64,000 nt of DNA, from positions 13,798-77,797 of IMG/VR virus record IMGVR_UViG_3300045918_000470. One strand, 5' to 3'. The notes beneath the pieces are model-generated. The model worked only from the letters and a program-made list of their open reading frames with translations. It made no database searches and was not told where the DNA came from. The position numbers and the translations under genes are program-made. Every line of letters starts with the position of its first letter. The first letter of the stretch is position 1. Source of the stretch: a virus. Below are positions 50,192-59,010 of this stretch, piece by piece.

Positions 50192-50267
50192 GTTCCTGTA
50201 CTCCAACGGCAGAGGGAATCGGCTCAAACCCGATATAGTGATGGTTCGAATCCATCCAGGAACACCA
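50192..50267 (+). tRNA. tRNA-Leu(CAA), short variable arm
   Basis: ctCAAac loop, CCA. Confidence 0.85.
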
Positions 50268-50275
50268 ATAATTAT

Positions 50276-50361
50276 GCTCGAGTGATGGAACGGAATACAT
50301 ACTGGTCTTAGAAGCCAGCGCTCTTAGAAGATTGTGGGGTCAGGACCCACCTCGAGTACCA
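50276..50361 (+). tRNA. tRNA-Leu(TAG)
   Basis: ctTAGaa loop, long variable arm, CCA. Confidence 0.85.
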
Positions 50362-50367
50362 AAATAT

Positions 50368-50451
50368 GCATAAATGGTGGAACGGTATACACATTGGTCT
50401 AAGAAGCCAACGCCGAAAGGATTGAGAGTTCAAGTCTCTCTTTATGCACCA
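50368..50451 (+). tRNA. tRNA-Leu(AAG)
   Basis: ttggt-ctAAGaa-gccaa, long variable arm, CCA. Confidence 0.85.
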
Positions 50452-50460
50452 AAAATTTAT

Positions 50461-50536
50461 TCCGGTGTAGTCAAATAGTAAGGACGGGTAGCTGTTAACT
50501 ATCACAATGCAGGGGCGGAACCTGTCACCGGAGCCA
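50461..50536 (+). tRNA. tRNA-Asn(GTT)
   Basis: ctGTTaa loop, GCCA. Confidence 0.85.
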
Positions 50537-50543
50537 AAATATA

Positions 50544-50615
50544 TGTTGATTAGCTTAAGTAGCAAAGCGGTGGATTGCAAATTCATGACCATCCGTTCGA
50601 TTCGGATATGGGACT
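50544..50615 (+). tRNA. tRNA-Cys(GCA), degenerate acceptor stem, no CCA
   Basis: ttGCAaa loop, T arm atccgTTCGAttcggat, U discriminator at 50615. Confidence 0.6.
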
Positions 50616-50687
50616 ATCCTACATATAACTAGCCTTCTCGTGGCGTAGGGTGTAATTAGGTCAATAGACTGAAACTAGTAAGTTATA
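50616..50687 (+). ncRNA. HDV-like (theta-type) self-cleaving ribozyme candidate
   Basis: P1 atcctac/gtagggt, P3 gcc/ggc, L3 ttctcgt, P2 tataacta/t(a)agttata; starts right after the tRNA discriminator. Confidence 0.6.
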
Positions 50688-50768
50688 ATTTTGCTAACTA
50701 AGTAAAGGATAGATAATAGTAGTTCGCTTATAAATAATAGTATATATACTTTTCGGAGATAGAATACT

Positions 50769-51542
50769 ATGGATTATAAACGAACTTACGACCTATTGGT
50801 TTTACGAGCACAAAACAGAGTTAACAACGGATACACAGAAAATCACCATATCATACCTGAGTGTATGGGTGGTTCAAATGATAAAACCAACATGGTCAGA
50901 CTAACAGCTAGAGAACACTTTGTTGCTCACCAACTTTTAGTTAAAATATACCAAAAAGAGTATGGACTGATTATAGCGGTAAACATGATGTGTATAGGTC
51001 AAGAGGAACGTAAAAGAGCCAACAACCGTATGTATAGTTGGTTACGTGAGCGTTTTGTTAGTGAACAAAGTAGAAACCAAACAGGTGAAGGTAATTCGCA
51101 GTTCGGAACTATGTGGATTCACAACTTAGAGGAACAAGTAAGTAAGAAGATTCCTAAAGATGACCTACTTTTTTGGGAACAACAAGGTTGGGAACGAGGA
51201 CGGGTAGTCAATTTTACAAACAAACTACTTTCGATTAGAGTTAAAGCGGAAAAAGAAGCTCGTGTTATTGAGGAAAAGGCGTTGAAAGTCAAAGAAAAAC
51301 TAAGACTGAACAAGGCAAATATAGTTAAAAAACAAAAACTATCCTCGGATAGAAAAATTTTAGCTGAAGAGTATTATTGTATTTACCGAGCGGTAGGATT
51401 TGTAGAGTTTACGAAATTAACAGGTTACAGCAAATCTCTTGAATGTTTAATTATGTTCTTTAAGCGAAATGTAGAACATTATGTATCATTTGACCATAAA
51501 GAAGTAAAAAAAAAAAGGAAAGTAAATCAATCGGGTGATTGA
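50769..51542 (+). CDS. HNH homing endonuclease
   Basis: MDYKRTY...ENHHIIPECMGG...LTAREHFVAH; GNSQFGTMWIHN; 3' end overlaps tRNA-Ser. Confidence 0.88.
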   Translation: MDYKRTYDLLVLRAQNRVNNGYTENHHIIPECMGGSNDKTNMVRLTAREHFVAHQLLVKIYQKEYGLIIAVNMMCIGQEERKRANNRMYSWLRERFVSEQSRNQTGEGNSQFGTMWIHNLEEQVSKKIPKDDLLFWEQQGWERGRVVNFTNKLLSIRVKAEKEARVIEEKALKVKEKLRLNKANIVKKQKLSSDRKILAEEYYCIYRAVGFVEFTKLTGYSKSLECLIMFFKRNVEHYVSFDHKEVKKKRKVNQSGD

Positions 51543-51607
51543 AACAGTTTGCTAAACTGTGTGTACCTTAAATGCGGTATTCGGGTCGGTACCGATGCTT
51601 TCCTCCA
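51517..51607 (+). tRNA. tRNA-Ser(GCT)
   Basis: acagt-ttGCTaa-actgt, long variable arm, CCA. Confidence 0.8.
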
Positions 51608-51622
51608 TATCCAAAACTTTAC

Positions 51623-51699
51623 GCTCTGTTAGCTTAGTGGTCTAAAGCAGTCGGCATATAACCGACAGACTGTGGGTTCGATTCCCACACTTCCCGCCA
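51623..51699 (+). tRNA. tRNA-Ile(TAT)-like, acceptor stem largely unpaired (pseudo or chimeric)
   Basis: gtcgg-caTATaa-ccgac; gctctgt/acttccc mismatched. Confidence 0.55.
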
Positions 51700-51704
51700 G
51701 ATAT

Positions 51705-51782
51705 AGGGTATTAGTTCAATGGTAGAATAACGGATTCCAAACCCGTAGATCGTTTTGGGTTCAATTCCCCGATACCCTGCCA
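51705..51782 (+). tRNA. tRNA-Trp(CCA)
   Basis: ttCCAaa loop, GCCA. Confidence 0.8.
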
Positions 51783-51814
51783 AATATAAATTAAATAAAA
51801 AAGAAGGATAAACG

Positions 51815-52273
51815 ATGTTTAGTGATAAAGAGTTACAGGGCATTTTTGACTATATCAATAATAATCCCGAAGCTAAGATTTACTTAGGTTGTGACTCTCT
51901 GAGATCTAAACATAAGAAAGTTAAATTTGTAACAGTCTTAGTCGTTTATCAAAAAGATAAATCAAAAATTTTTAAGAACATCATTTACGAAAAAATAACT
52001 GATGCAAAATTATCTCGTCCATTTAATCGTATGATGAGGGAAGTACAATCTGTAACAGAATTGTATATGTTGTTAGAAGATGTGTTGATATACAGAGACT
52101 TTGAAATTCATATCGACGTATCGCCTGATCCAATAAATGGTTCTAATGTTGCATACAACTCGGCAAAAGGAATGGTTTACGGAATGACAGGTGTAGAACC
52201 TGTATGTAAACCAGACTCGTGGGCAGCATCACATTGTGCCGATAGATTCACTAAAGATACAAGAAAGCGTTAA
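51815..52273 (+). CDS. RNase H-like YkuK/DUF458 family protein
   Basis: IYLGCDS, RMMREV, EIHIDV, NGSN, KPDSWAASHCAD. Confidence 0.8.
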   Translation: MFSDKELQGIFDYINNNPEAKIYLGCDSLRSKHKKVKFVTVLVVYQKDKSKIFKNIIYEKITDAKLSRPFNRMMREVQSVTELYMLLEDVLIYRDFEIHIDVSPDPINGSNVAYNSAKGMVYGMTGVEPVCKPDSWAASHCADRFTKDTRKR

Positions 52274-52327
52274 TTCTTTAAGGTTATTATAAATATTTTA
52301 TTATACAATACACTTAAAGGATAAACA

Positions 52328-52774
52328 ATGGATAAGTTCAAAGATTACATCATTCCTAAAATGAATGAAGCTGGAGATTACAAAGTCTATATGATAGACA
52401 AAGAGTTTTGGCTTGCATATGGCGACGGTAGTGGTACAACAGCACAAGTTCCAAATATGGATAGTTTCTTAACAAATAAAAGTGGTGATAAGAATTACGA
52501 TAGTATCGTAGATAGTGTCACTAAGAAATTTGTAACATTTAATGAACCACAAATGACTAAGAAATCATCAGATAAGATGACTAAATATTCTTTGTACTAT
52601 TTACCAGCGTATAAACATTCCGATGTTAGACAAGGTAAGATTGAAGCATGGGGCGGAAACATCAACCCGTTTACAACTTATTACATGTTAGTAATTCAAG
52701 GTGAAAAGACAGATATTATTCAGTTTTTCAAAACAGCTGGTGAAGCAAAAGCTTACGTTAATTCACTTTCTTAA
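52328..52774 (+). CDS. Hypothetical protein
   Basis: 148 aa; MDKFKDY...MNE N-terminus. Confidence 0.65.
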   Translation: MDKFKDYIIPKMNEAGDYKVYMIDKEFWLAYGDGSGTTAQVPNMDSFLTNKSGDKNYDSIVDSVTKKFVTFNEPQMTKKSSDKMTKYSLYYLPAYKHSDVRQGKIEAWGGNINPFTTYYMLVIQGEKTDIIQFFKTAGEAKAYVNSLS

Positions 52775-52952
52775 GTGTTTTGGGTTTATTAGTAAATCCC
52801 GCTCAGTCAAAAAACGATTAGTAATCAGCGCTTTAGCGGGAACCGTAGAAGTCTCAACTATAATAAACAGAGGGAATTGGCGGAACAGTTATGATGTTCT
52901 GGAAAGGGATACCACCACGATAATATAAAAAATCGGACAAAAACATCACTAT

Positions 52953-53027
52953 GCCGTTTTAGCTCAATGGATAGAGTACGGGTCTACGAAACCTGTGATA
53001 CTGGTTCGAATCCAGTAAATGGCACCA
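52953..53027 (+). tRNA. tRNA-Arg(ACG)
   Basis: ctACGaa loop, CCA. Confidence 0.88.
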
Positions 53028-53127
53028 AGTTCTTATATTAAATTTTAATGGAGATGTAATATAAGCACTTTATGTTGTATTAATGTTCATTGATGTATAA
53101 TGTTACATAACAATATGAAGGACTTAC

Positions 53128-53562
53128 ATGAAGAATGAATTAACACCGGAGCAATTATCAGATATCAATGTTATTGTAGAATCGCAAAAAGGTTTAGGAT
53201 TAATTTCTAAAGCAAAAGAATTTTATACTGGTGAACTAGATTTAGTTCAAGAAAAATATATCAAAGTGAATCTTCCTGATTCTGAAGAAAAATTCAAATC
53301 AGGGAATGGTGAAGGTATCTGGGCGTATCCAGTAACTGAAGCAGACGAACTCATCTGTAATAATGGTGGTGTTGGTGAAACCTTTGATGTATATACAATG
53401 AATGATTGTATCATGTATCCTTTTACATGTGCAACAATCATCAAAGTACGAAATACTGGTGCTGAAACCCGTCCAGTTCTTGATTACGATTGGATGGACA
53501 ATATCATTAAAGTATCTTCTAATGGTGAGTATTCGCTACATGAAATGCTTCAAGAGGCGTAA
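53128..53562 (+). CDS. Hypothetical protein
   Basis: 144 aa; GNGEGIW motif; early promoter. Confidence 0.65.
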   Translation: MKNELTPEQLSDINVIVESQKGLGLISKAKEFYTGELDLVQEKYIKVNLPDSEEKFKSGNGEGIWAYPVTEADELICNNGGVGETFDVYTMNDCIMYPFTCATIIKVRNTGAETRPVLDYDWMDNIIKVSSNGEYSLHEMLQEA

Positions 53563-53571
53563 GCCTCACAT

Positions 53572-53641
53572 GCCGATACAAAAGGATAGAATGAGACTTC
53601 GAATCTCTAGTATGCAGGTTCGAATCCTGCTGTTGGCTCCA
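53572..53641 (+). tRNA. tRNA-Arg(TCG), truncated D arm
   Basis: ctTCGaa loop, GGTTCGAATCC, TCCA. Confidence 0.6.
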
Positions 53642-53668
53642 AACTTTATAATAAAAATTAGGTGTGAT

Positions 53669-53878
53669 ATGAATATTAAAGAAATGGTAAAAGATAACAA
53701 ACAAGTCATTTTTGAATTCTATAGGAAGAGTGAATTGTGGTACAAAACTGAGTGTGGTTTTATGTTCCCTGTCCCTATAGAAGATTGTGGTGATGGAACA
53801 TTTTTACCTAAAGATAAAGCTATGATGTTTATGCGATATATTCGTAAACAGATTGAACAATTAAAAGATGAAACATGA
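53669..53878 (+). CDS. Conserved hypothetical phage protein
   Basis: LWYKTECGFMFPVPIEDCGDGTFLPKDKAMMFMRYIRK; start ATG 53669. Confidence 0.7.
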   Translation: MNIKEMVKDNKQVIFEFYRKSELWYKTECGFMFPVPIEDCGDGTFLPKDKAMMFMRYIRKQIEQLKDET

Positions 53879-54186
53879 AAACACTAAGAGAGAAATTCTT
53901 AATCAATTCTGAAGATACCGGTAGATTTATCGTGACATCAATTAGAACTGGTAAGAAATATTTTGTAGAAGCAATAGGTGACCCACATATTGAATGGGGT
54001 TCGGTAGACCAATCAACTGGCAAGTTTAATGTCAAAAAAGGTTGGAAGAAAAACAAAGGTTCTATAGAGAAAGAAGAATCTATGATTAACACAGAAAATG
54101 GATTTGAAAAGATTCATGACCTCAAAGCTGGTGAAAGTCCGTTAATTTATATAGATTCATTAGATTCTAAATACCCAACAAAATAA
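53875..54186 (+). CDS. Conserved hypothetical phage protein
   Basis: DTGRFIVTSIRTGKKYFVEAIG...WG...GSI...ENGF. Confidence 0.7.
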   Translation: MKTLREKFLINSEDTGRFIVTSIRTGKKYFVEAIGDPHIEWGSVDQSTGKFNVKKGWKKNKGSIEKEESMINTENGFEKIHDLKAGESPLIYIDSLDSKYPTK

Positions 54187-54304
54187 AGGTAGTTGATATG
54201 TCACAGCTAAACGCAGTCTAAAGAAAAGAATTAAAAACCATATCCTATATAACTCTGGTATATCTATCAATGACAAGCGAGTTATAAAAGGTATTGGTAA
54301 GTTT

Positions 54305-54529
54305 ATGGATTCACAAGGTTTGTCCTTAATATTCATTTTAGATTTATTGAACAATGAAAATTGTCTAGTTGACTGGGTTGATTTCATTGATTATACTATA
54401 GAAAAGAAATGGAATACAACTCAGACATTTTCTAAAATCGAAGAAGCATTAGTTGATGTATTTGGTCGTGATTACACTGAGCAGATACTTCTTAGACTTA
54501 GATATTACTTAACAAAAAAATATAGTTAA
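54305..54529 (+). CDS. Hypothetical protein (5' end possibly frameshifted; frame open from about 54197)
   Basis: Track ORF; the upstream ATG at 54198 is out of frame. Confidence 0.45.
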   Translation: MDSQGLSLIFILDLLNNENCLVDWVDFIDYTIEKKWNTTQTFSKIEEALVDVFGRDYTEQILLRLRYYLTKKYS

Positions 54530-54688
54530 TTTTTATTAGATTATTGCGATACCACTTAATAAATATTTAAGTTACGATGTGTTATAATGTACTTTTAGAT
54601 AACAATATAAGGATTAAATCATGAAGGCGAAAACTGAAACCTAAGTTACCTTGACGAAAGTTAAAATTATGGTAACACGAGGTTCAAC

Positions 54689-55480
54689 ATGAACGGATTG
54701 TGGAAAGAGAATGTAGGTGGTTGGAATCATAAAGATACCAGACGAAAAAAACAAACACGTAACAACATCTTCCGAGATAAGGGTCGTGCGTTACTTAAAG
54801 TTTACGATGCTAAGACTAAAATGGTTACTGAAAAATGTGACCATAATATCTACCGTCGTGAAAATGAACAAGTTATAGTATATAAGCCTCGTGCAATGAA
54901 ACCTTTGGTTCAAGTCACTAATGCTTATAAAGCTTTGATTGAATATATCTCTGGGTATAAAGAAGTGTTCTATGAGATGAAACACACTATTGGAGAAGAA
55001 GTAATCGTTCGTACATATAGTAGAATGGATTCTATTACCAAGATGAAATATGTTACTATCTATTATGATGAGAATGAAAAATTTTACTGGCGTAAAACCA
55101 TGTATGATGTTAAAACTCGTCTACCATTAGAGAAAGTTTTGAAACTCGATAGAACACAAAGTAGAAGTTTGAAAATGATTTCTCAAAACAAACTCTCACT
55201 TGAGGTAAAACTCGATTGGGAGAAAGAGAAAAAGTATAGAGAAACAGAACATATCAGCGAGTTTTATACTTATGATATTAAAGAATACCTTTACGGAAAA
55301 CTTCTTCCTGATTGGAAACGCTATACATTATACAATGATGGGAAGCGTCGTAAGATTGGTCAAGAGATTGCAAATGGCACTGATAGAGCTATCATTCGTG
55401 ATTGGATATCTAAAGGTGATTGGGATAAAGTTATCTCAACTCATGCATATTCAAAAAGCATTTCTTGGTTCGTTCATTAA
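54689..55480 (+). CDS. Hypothetical basic protein
   Basis: 263 aa ORF with GAGG RBS. Confidence 0.65.
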   Translation: MNGLWKENVGGWNHKDTRRKKQTRNNIFRDKGRALLKVYDAKTKMVTEKCDHNIYRRENEQVIVYKPRAMKPLVQVTNAYKALIEYISGYKEVFYEMKHTIGEEVIVRTYSRMDSITKMKYVTIYYDENEKFYWRKTMYDVKTRLPLEKVLKLDRTQSRSLKMISQNKLSLEVKLDWEKEKKYRETEHISEFYTYDIKEYLYGKLLPDWKRYTLYNDGKRRKIGQEIANGTDRAIIRDWISKGDWDKVISTHAYSKSISWFVH

Positions 55481-55722
55481 TCTTATTTTAAGGTTATTAT
55501 GATATAATACATGTATCAAAAAGAAAACAAATAGTTCCTCATTGATTGAGGAATTAGTTAAAATATTTAATTGATTTTTAAGGTTATGTATGATATAATA
55601 CATATACAAAGCAGGAAATTGTAACGAGTGCATTTAGATGTATTGTTTACAATTTCCTGACCATGATAGTGAGGACTAGCTATCCCAATATCCGTCAGGC
55701 AATTATAGTATATATTTGTTAT

Positions 55723-55798
55723 CATGATTGTAAGCTCAGTTGGTTAGAGCTATCGGGTAAACTCCGATGTGCGTGGGTTCGAGTCCCATTAATCTTGT
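55723..55798 (+). tRNA. tRNA-like RNA with non-canonical anticodon loop
   Basis: D arm agctcagtttggttagagct, T arm gtgggTTCGAgtcccat; loop gtaaact; no CCA. Confidence 0.45.
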
Positions 55799-56000
55799 CG
55801 ATAACTCAAAAAACGTCTGAATATGCATAAGGTGAGGTACAAGTAGCCCTGCATTGTTAGAAGATATGCGAAACATGAAAAAGCGTACATAATAACCTAC
55901 GAGTGTGATGGTGCATACCTGGCATTGAGTTGGGAGGTTGTCGGGATCGAAGCCGACATAGGTGAAATTTGTACGTAATATCATGAACAATGTGAGAAAT

Positions 56001-56051
56001 AGGTAACATACAGCAATCACACCCAATTTTATGGAAAAATAGCGTTACCTG
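56001..56051 (+). ncRNA. CAGCAA stem-closed element 1
   Basis: aggtaac-ataCAGCAA...gttacct. Confidence 0.6.
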
Positions 56052-56066
56052 ATAATGTTTTAGATT

Positions 56067-56135
56067 AGGAAATATTCAGCAAAAAATATTTAAATATCAA
56101 ACTCAAACTTTGAAGCTAAAATAAAAATTTCCTGA
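56067..56135 (+). ncRNA. CAGCAA stem-closed element 2
   Basis: aggaaat-attCAGCAA...atttcct. Confidence 0.55.
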
Positions 56136-56154
56136 TCTAAGACATTTATGTCTG

Positions 56155-56333
56155 AACGTGTCAAAAAAGTAATTATAAACGATGGAAGTGCTTTCTTAAA
56201 TGATGCACACGCCTTAAACATACACTAGCAGTAGCGTTATCGACGGATAGCAAATACAAAGTAGTAGGTCGATTTTACAGTCAGTGTCCTAGGAAACGCT
56301 AGATGGTCAATATGATTACTTTTTTGACACGTT
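56155..56333 (+). ncRNA. Putative structured RNA closed by a 23 bp stem
   Basis: aacgtgtcaaaaaagtaattata / tatgattacttttttgacacgtt. Confidence 0.5.
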
Positions 56334-56335
56334 AT

Positions 56336-56396
56336 AGAAAGCATACAGCAAATCAAACAAACTTTCACTTTTAATGAAAATAAGATCGCTTTCTGA
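56336..56396 (+). ncRNA. CAGCAA element 3 with Lys(TTT) anticodon stem-loop
   Basis: agaaagc-ataCAGCAA...tttca-ctTTTaa-tgaaa...gctttct. Confidence 0.6.
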
Positions 56397-56403
56397 TTTA
56401 TAT

Positions 56404-56480
56404 TGCAGGGTAGAGCAGTTCGGTAGCTTGCAAGGTTCATACCCTTGAGGTCACTGGTTCAAATCCAGTTCCTGCGTCCA
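56404..56480 (+). tRNA. tRNA-Met(CAT), initiator-like body
   Basis: gcagggtagagcagttcggtagc, ttCATac loop, CCA. Confidence 0.8.
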
Positions 56481-56484
56481 AGAA

Positions 56485-56578
56485 GGTAAAGTCGTCTAAC
56501 TGGTTAGGACGGTTCCCTTAAGTGATATTCGTATTATTTAAGGGAACAATGTGTGTTCGAACCACACCTTTACCAACA
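56485..56578 (+). ncRNA. tRNA-shaped RNA with anticodon loop replaced by a 16 bp UUCG hairpin
   Basis: ggtaaag/ctttacc acceptor, D and T arms; gttcccttaagtgata-ttcg-tattatttaagggaac. Confidence 0.6.
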
Positions 56579-56652
56579 TATGATAAGATTAATTTAAATC
56601 CTTAATAAGGTTTTAAGGTTCTTTACTGTATAATACATATACAAATTATTAT

Positions 56653-56730
56653 GCCCAGTTAGCTAAGCGGATTTAAAGCGTCGAGTTGCAACCTCGAAGA
56701 TCGGGAGTTCAAATCTCTCACTGGGCTCCA
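56653..56730 (+). tRNA. tRNA-Cys(GCA)
   Basis: ttGCAac loop, TCCA. Confidence 0.85.
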
Positions 56731-56804
56731 TTGTATATTTTTATGTTCATAAATTGAACATAAAAATATTCAAAACGTTAAATTGAATATAAAAACCTTC
56801 AAAA

Positions 56805-56919
56805 TTGAACCATACAGCAACCCAAAACTTTGTGTCGGACGTGCAACTCGTTCCTCTCCACCATCTTATATGGAGAGGTAGATCAGGTAGTCGACCAAAA
56901 GTGCAAAAATCGGTTTCAG
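56805..56919 (+). ncRNA. CAGCAA element 4 with permuted tRNA domain (YrlA/Y-RNA-like)
   Basis: T arm ggacg-tgcaact-cgttc, closed acceptor stem ctctcca/tggagag, then a D-arm-like segment. Confidence 0.6.
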
Positions 56920-57245
56920 ATATACATGAATAATCCATTAATATAAGGATTATTCATGACCTTCAAATCACACCTTTAAAACAAAGACCTCCTTTTCAAA
57001 AACAATCAAGTAAAAATGTTTAAAACATCAGCCGGTTCCGATAAATGTACTAGGTTACTCCTGATAAAATTGCACAAGCATATTCACGTTTAAAATTCGG
57101 TCCTAACAAAGGAAGATCATTTATACTCGAAGATGCACGTCATCAAAAATTTGATGGGTTTTTCACGCATCTTTGAATACAAACGGGGTTTGTAGGTTAT
57201 ATTAAGTTTATTATGATATAATATGTGTAAGATAGAAGGATTAAT

Positions 57246-57659
57246 ATGAATATTATACCGGCAGTTCTCATTGGTAAACAATTTGATGTTCCTGAGTTTG
57301 GATTTGATATAAACGAGTCATTGTTAATGACTGAAGAATGCATACAAAATAAGTACGGTTTTATATTATGGACATTCATTAAGATGGGACATATAACAGA
57401 TCAGTATTTTCTTAATTATGTAAATGATGCAGTCAAAAACATTGAAAAATTTAAACCATCAACATATAGTGAGTTTATTGTTTGTGTGAATCCACTAACA
57501 AACAAAAATTTTGGTTGTATAACTGTTGGTATATCATCTATCAGAACACCAGATCATGAATTTTGGTTAGGTGTATGGACGTATATTCAGAATCCTGGAT
57601 TGTTTACATACAGATATGAGGATAAGATTTATCGTCTTATGCCTGAATTAAAACTATAG
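57246..57659 (+). CDS. Hypothetical protein
   Basis: 137 aa; early promoter and RBS. Confidence 0.6.
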   Translation: MNIIPAVLIGKQFDVPEFGFDINESLLMTEECIQNKYGFILWTFIKMGHITDQYFLNYVNDAVKNIEKFKPSTYSEFIVCVNPLTNKNFGCITVGISSIRTPDHEFWLGVWTYIQNPGLFTYRYEDKIYRLMPELKL

Positions 57660-57667
57660 AGGCACCT

Positions 57668-58207
57668 ATGAAATTCAAGAAACTAATATTTGAAAGTTTT
57701 GATATTGTACCTATTACCGAAAAAAGACTTAATAAATCAGATATAATTAAAATTATCTCTTCTAAATTAAGAGAACAAAAAAATTCTGATTATGACATAG
57801 AATATACAATCAATGTTTTAGATTCATATAAATTTTTATTCGGTTATAGAAAAACAATAAACAATAATGATTATCTGTTTATGTATAATAAAAAAATGAA
57901 CTTTTTTGAACTTCATTTTTTTTATCTTGATGATCTCGAATCAAATGGTGAAGATATTCAAGCTCAAGATAATAGTATTAATGTGTTTTCATACATGATG
58001 AGTATATGTTTAATATTGTTAAAAGATAATAGACCCGTTAGGATAATATCCCCTAGTAAGAAGAGAACATTATTTTATACAAAAATATCTAATAAAATAA
58101 TTAAAAAATATAATTTAGATTATATTGCGGTTATTAAGGACGATTGTATAGAATTTCTAAAATCAAAGGGAAAAACTGATATTGTGGAATCATTTTTGCG
58201 AAAGTAA
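57668..58207 (+). CDS. Hypothetical protein, possible internal head protein
   Basis: MKFKKLIFE N-terminus; very AT-rich. Confidence 0.55.
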   Translation: MKFKKLIFESFDIVPITEKRLNKSDIIKIISSKLREQKNSDYDIEYTINVLDSYKFLFGYRKTINNNDYLFMYNKKMNFFELHFFYLDDLESNGEDIQAQDNSINVFSYMMSICLILLKDNRPVRIISPSKKRTLFYTKISNKIIKKYNLDYIAVIKDDCIEFLKSKGKTDIVESFLRK

Positions 58208-58260
58208 AAATGATTTAAGTTTATTATGATATAATTGTTATATTAATTAGAAGGAAAGAT

Positions 58261-58755
58261 ATGAAAACTCAAGACTCAACAAAAGAAGTAATCCGTAATG
58301 CAATCGATGAATTAATCATTGATTTATTGGAAACACAAACACCGTTTACCCTTGTGGTGTCGAGCAAAAACTGGGATTATGCGTTACCTGATCGTTTAAA
58401 AAATGAGCAAGCGTTCATGATACAAATCCAAGAGCAATCACTAATTGAAAGTGATTATGATGGTGAGTATATTACTATCAGAACACAATTTGATGGCATT
58501 GATAACTCGTTGACATTATATCCACAGGATGTACATGCAATTTTCGATATTGATATGAAATCACCAATTCTCATCAAACCATTTTATGATGAACCAACAA
58601 ACGTTGCATTGGAAAAACATATTACATCAAATCCGTTGAAGAATTTCAAACCAGAAGAATTGACACCTGGTGTCAAGCATAGTCTTGATTGTTTCATCAA
58701 AGGTAATCCTGAGATGTTTACGGAGGCAACAGGAGTACAAGATGGCGAAGTATAA
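58261..58755 (+). CDS. Hypothetical protein
   Basis: 164 aa; early promoter at 58214-58235. Confidence 0.65.
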   Translation: MKTQDSTKEVIRNAIDELIIDLLETQTPFTLVVSSKNWDYALPDRLKNEQAFMIQIQEQSLIESDYDGEYITIRTQFDGIDNSLTLYPQDVHAIFDIDMKSPILIKPFYDEPTNVALEKHITSNPLKNFKPEELTPGVKHSLDCFIKGNPEMFTEATGVQDGEV

Positions 58756-58960
58756 AGTTGGTACTAAATGTATCGTTGGGTTTTATCAGAATATTCTTCT
58801 TGATATTACAGGAATAACTAAAGATAAAAAACGTTATATAGTAACATTTACTGTTCAAGATCCTTTTGCATCAAGAAGTATCTATGAGTTTCCTATAAAA
58901 GATTTCGATATGATGTTCAGTGTTGCACGATTAAATGTTTTCTTGAGATGCAATTATTAA
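58742..58960 (+). CDS. Small hypothetical protein (MAKYKVGTKC)
   Basis: AGGAG RBS; similar N-terminus to the next ORF. Confidence 0.55.
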   Translation: MAKYKVGTKCIVGFYQNILLDITGITKDKKRYIVTFTVQDPFASRSIYEFPIKDFDMMFSVARLNVFLRCNY

Positions 58961-59010
58961 TCAATCTTTAAGAAATGTTATGATATAATACAATATAAGA
59001 AGGATTGAAA

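Noticed and set aside
51506-51516. A11 run as a phase-variation switch
   Set aside because: It lies at the extreme 3' end of the HNH gene, so length changes would alter only the last few residues.
54621-54644. Mini-ORF MKAKTET with RBS and downstream hairpin as a third leader
   Set aside because: Too short to assess, and it precedes a protein gene rather than a tRNA array; possible but unsupported.
55810-55870. Twister-like ribozyme (ggtacaagtagccc)
   Set aside because: The required pseudoknot pairings and consensus could not be fitted by eye.
55895-55964. Additional tRNA gene
   Set aside because: Only a loosely tRNA-shaped remnant with a 5 nt loop and no CCA; identity cannot be assigned.
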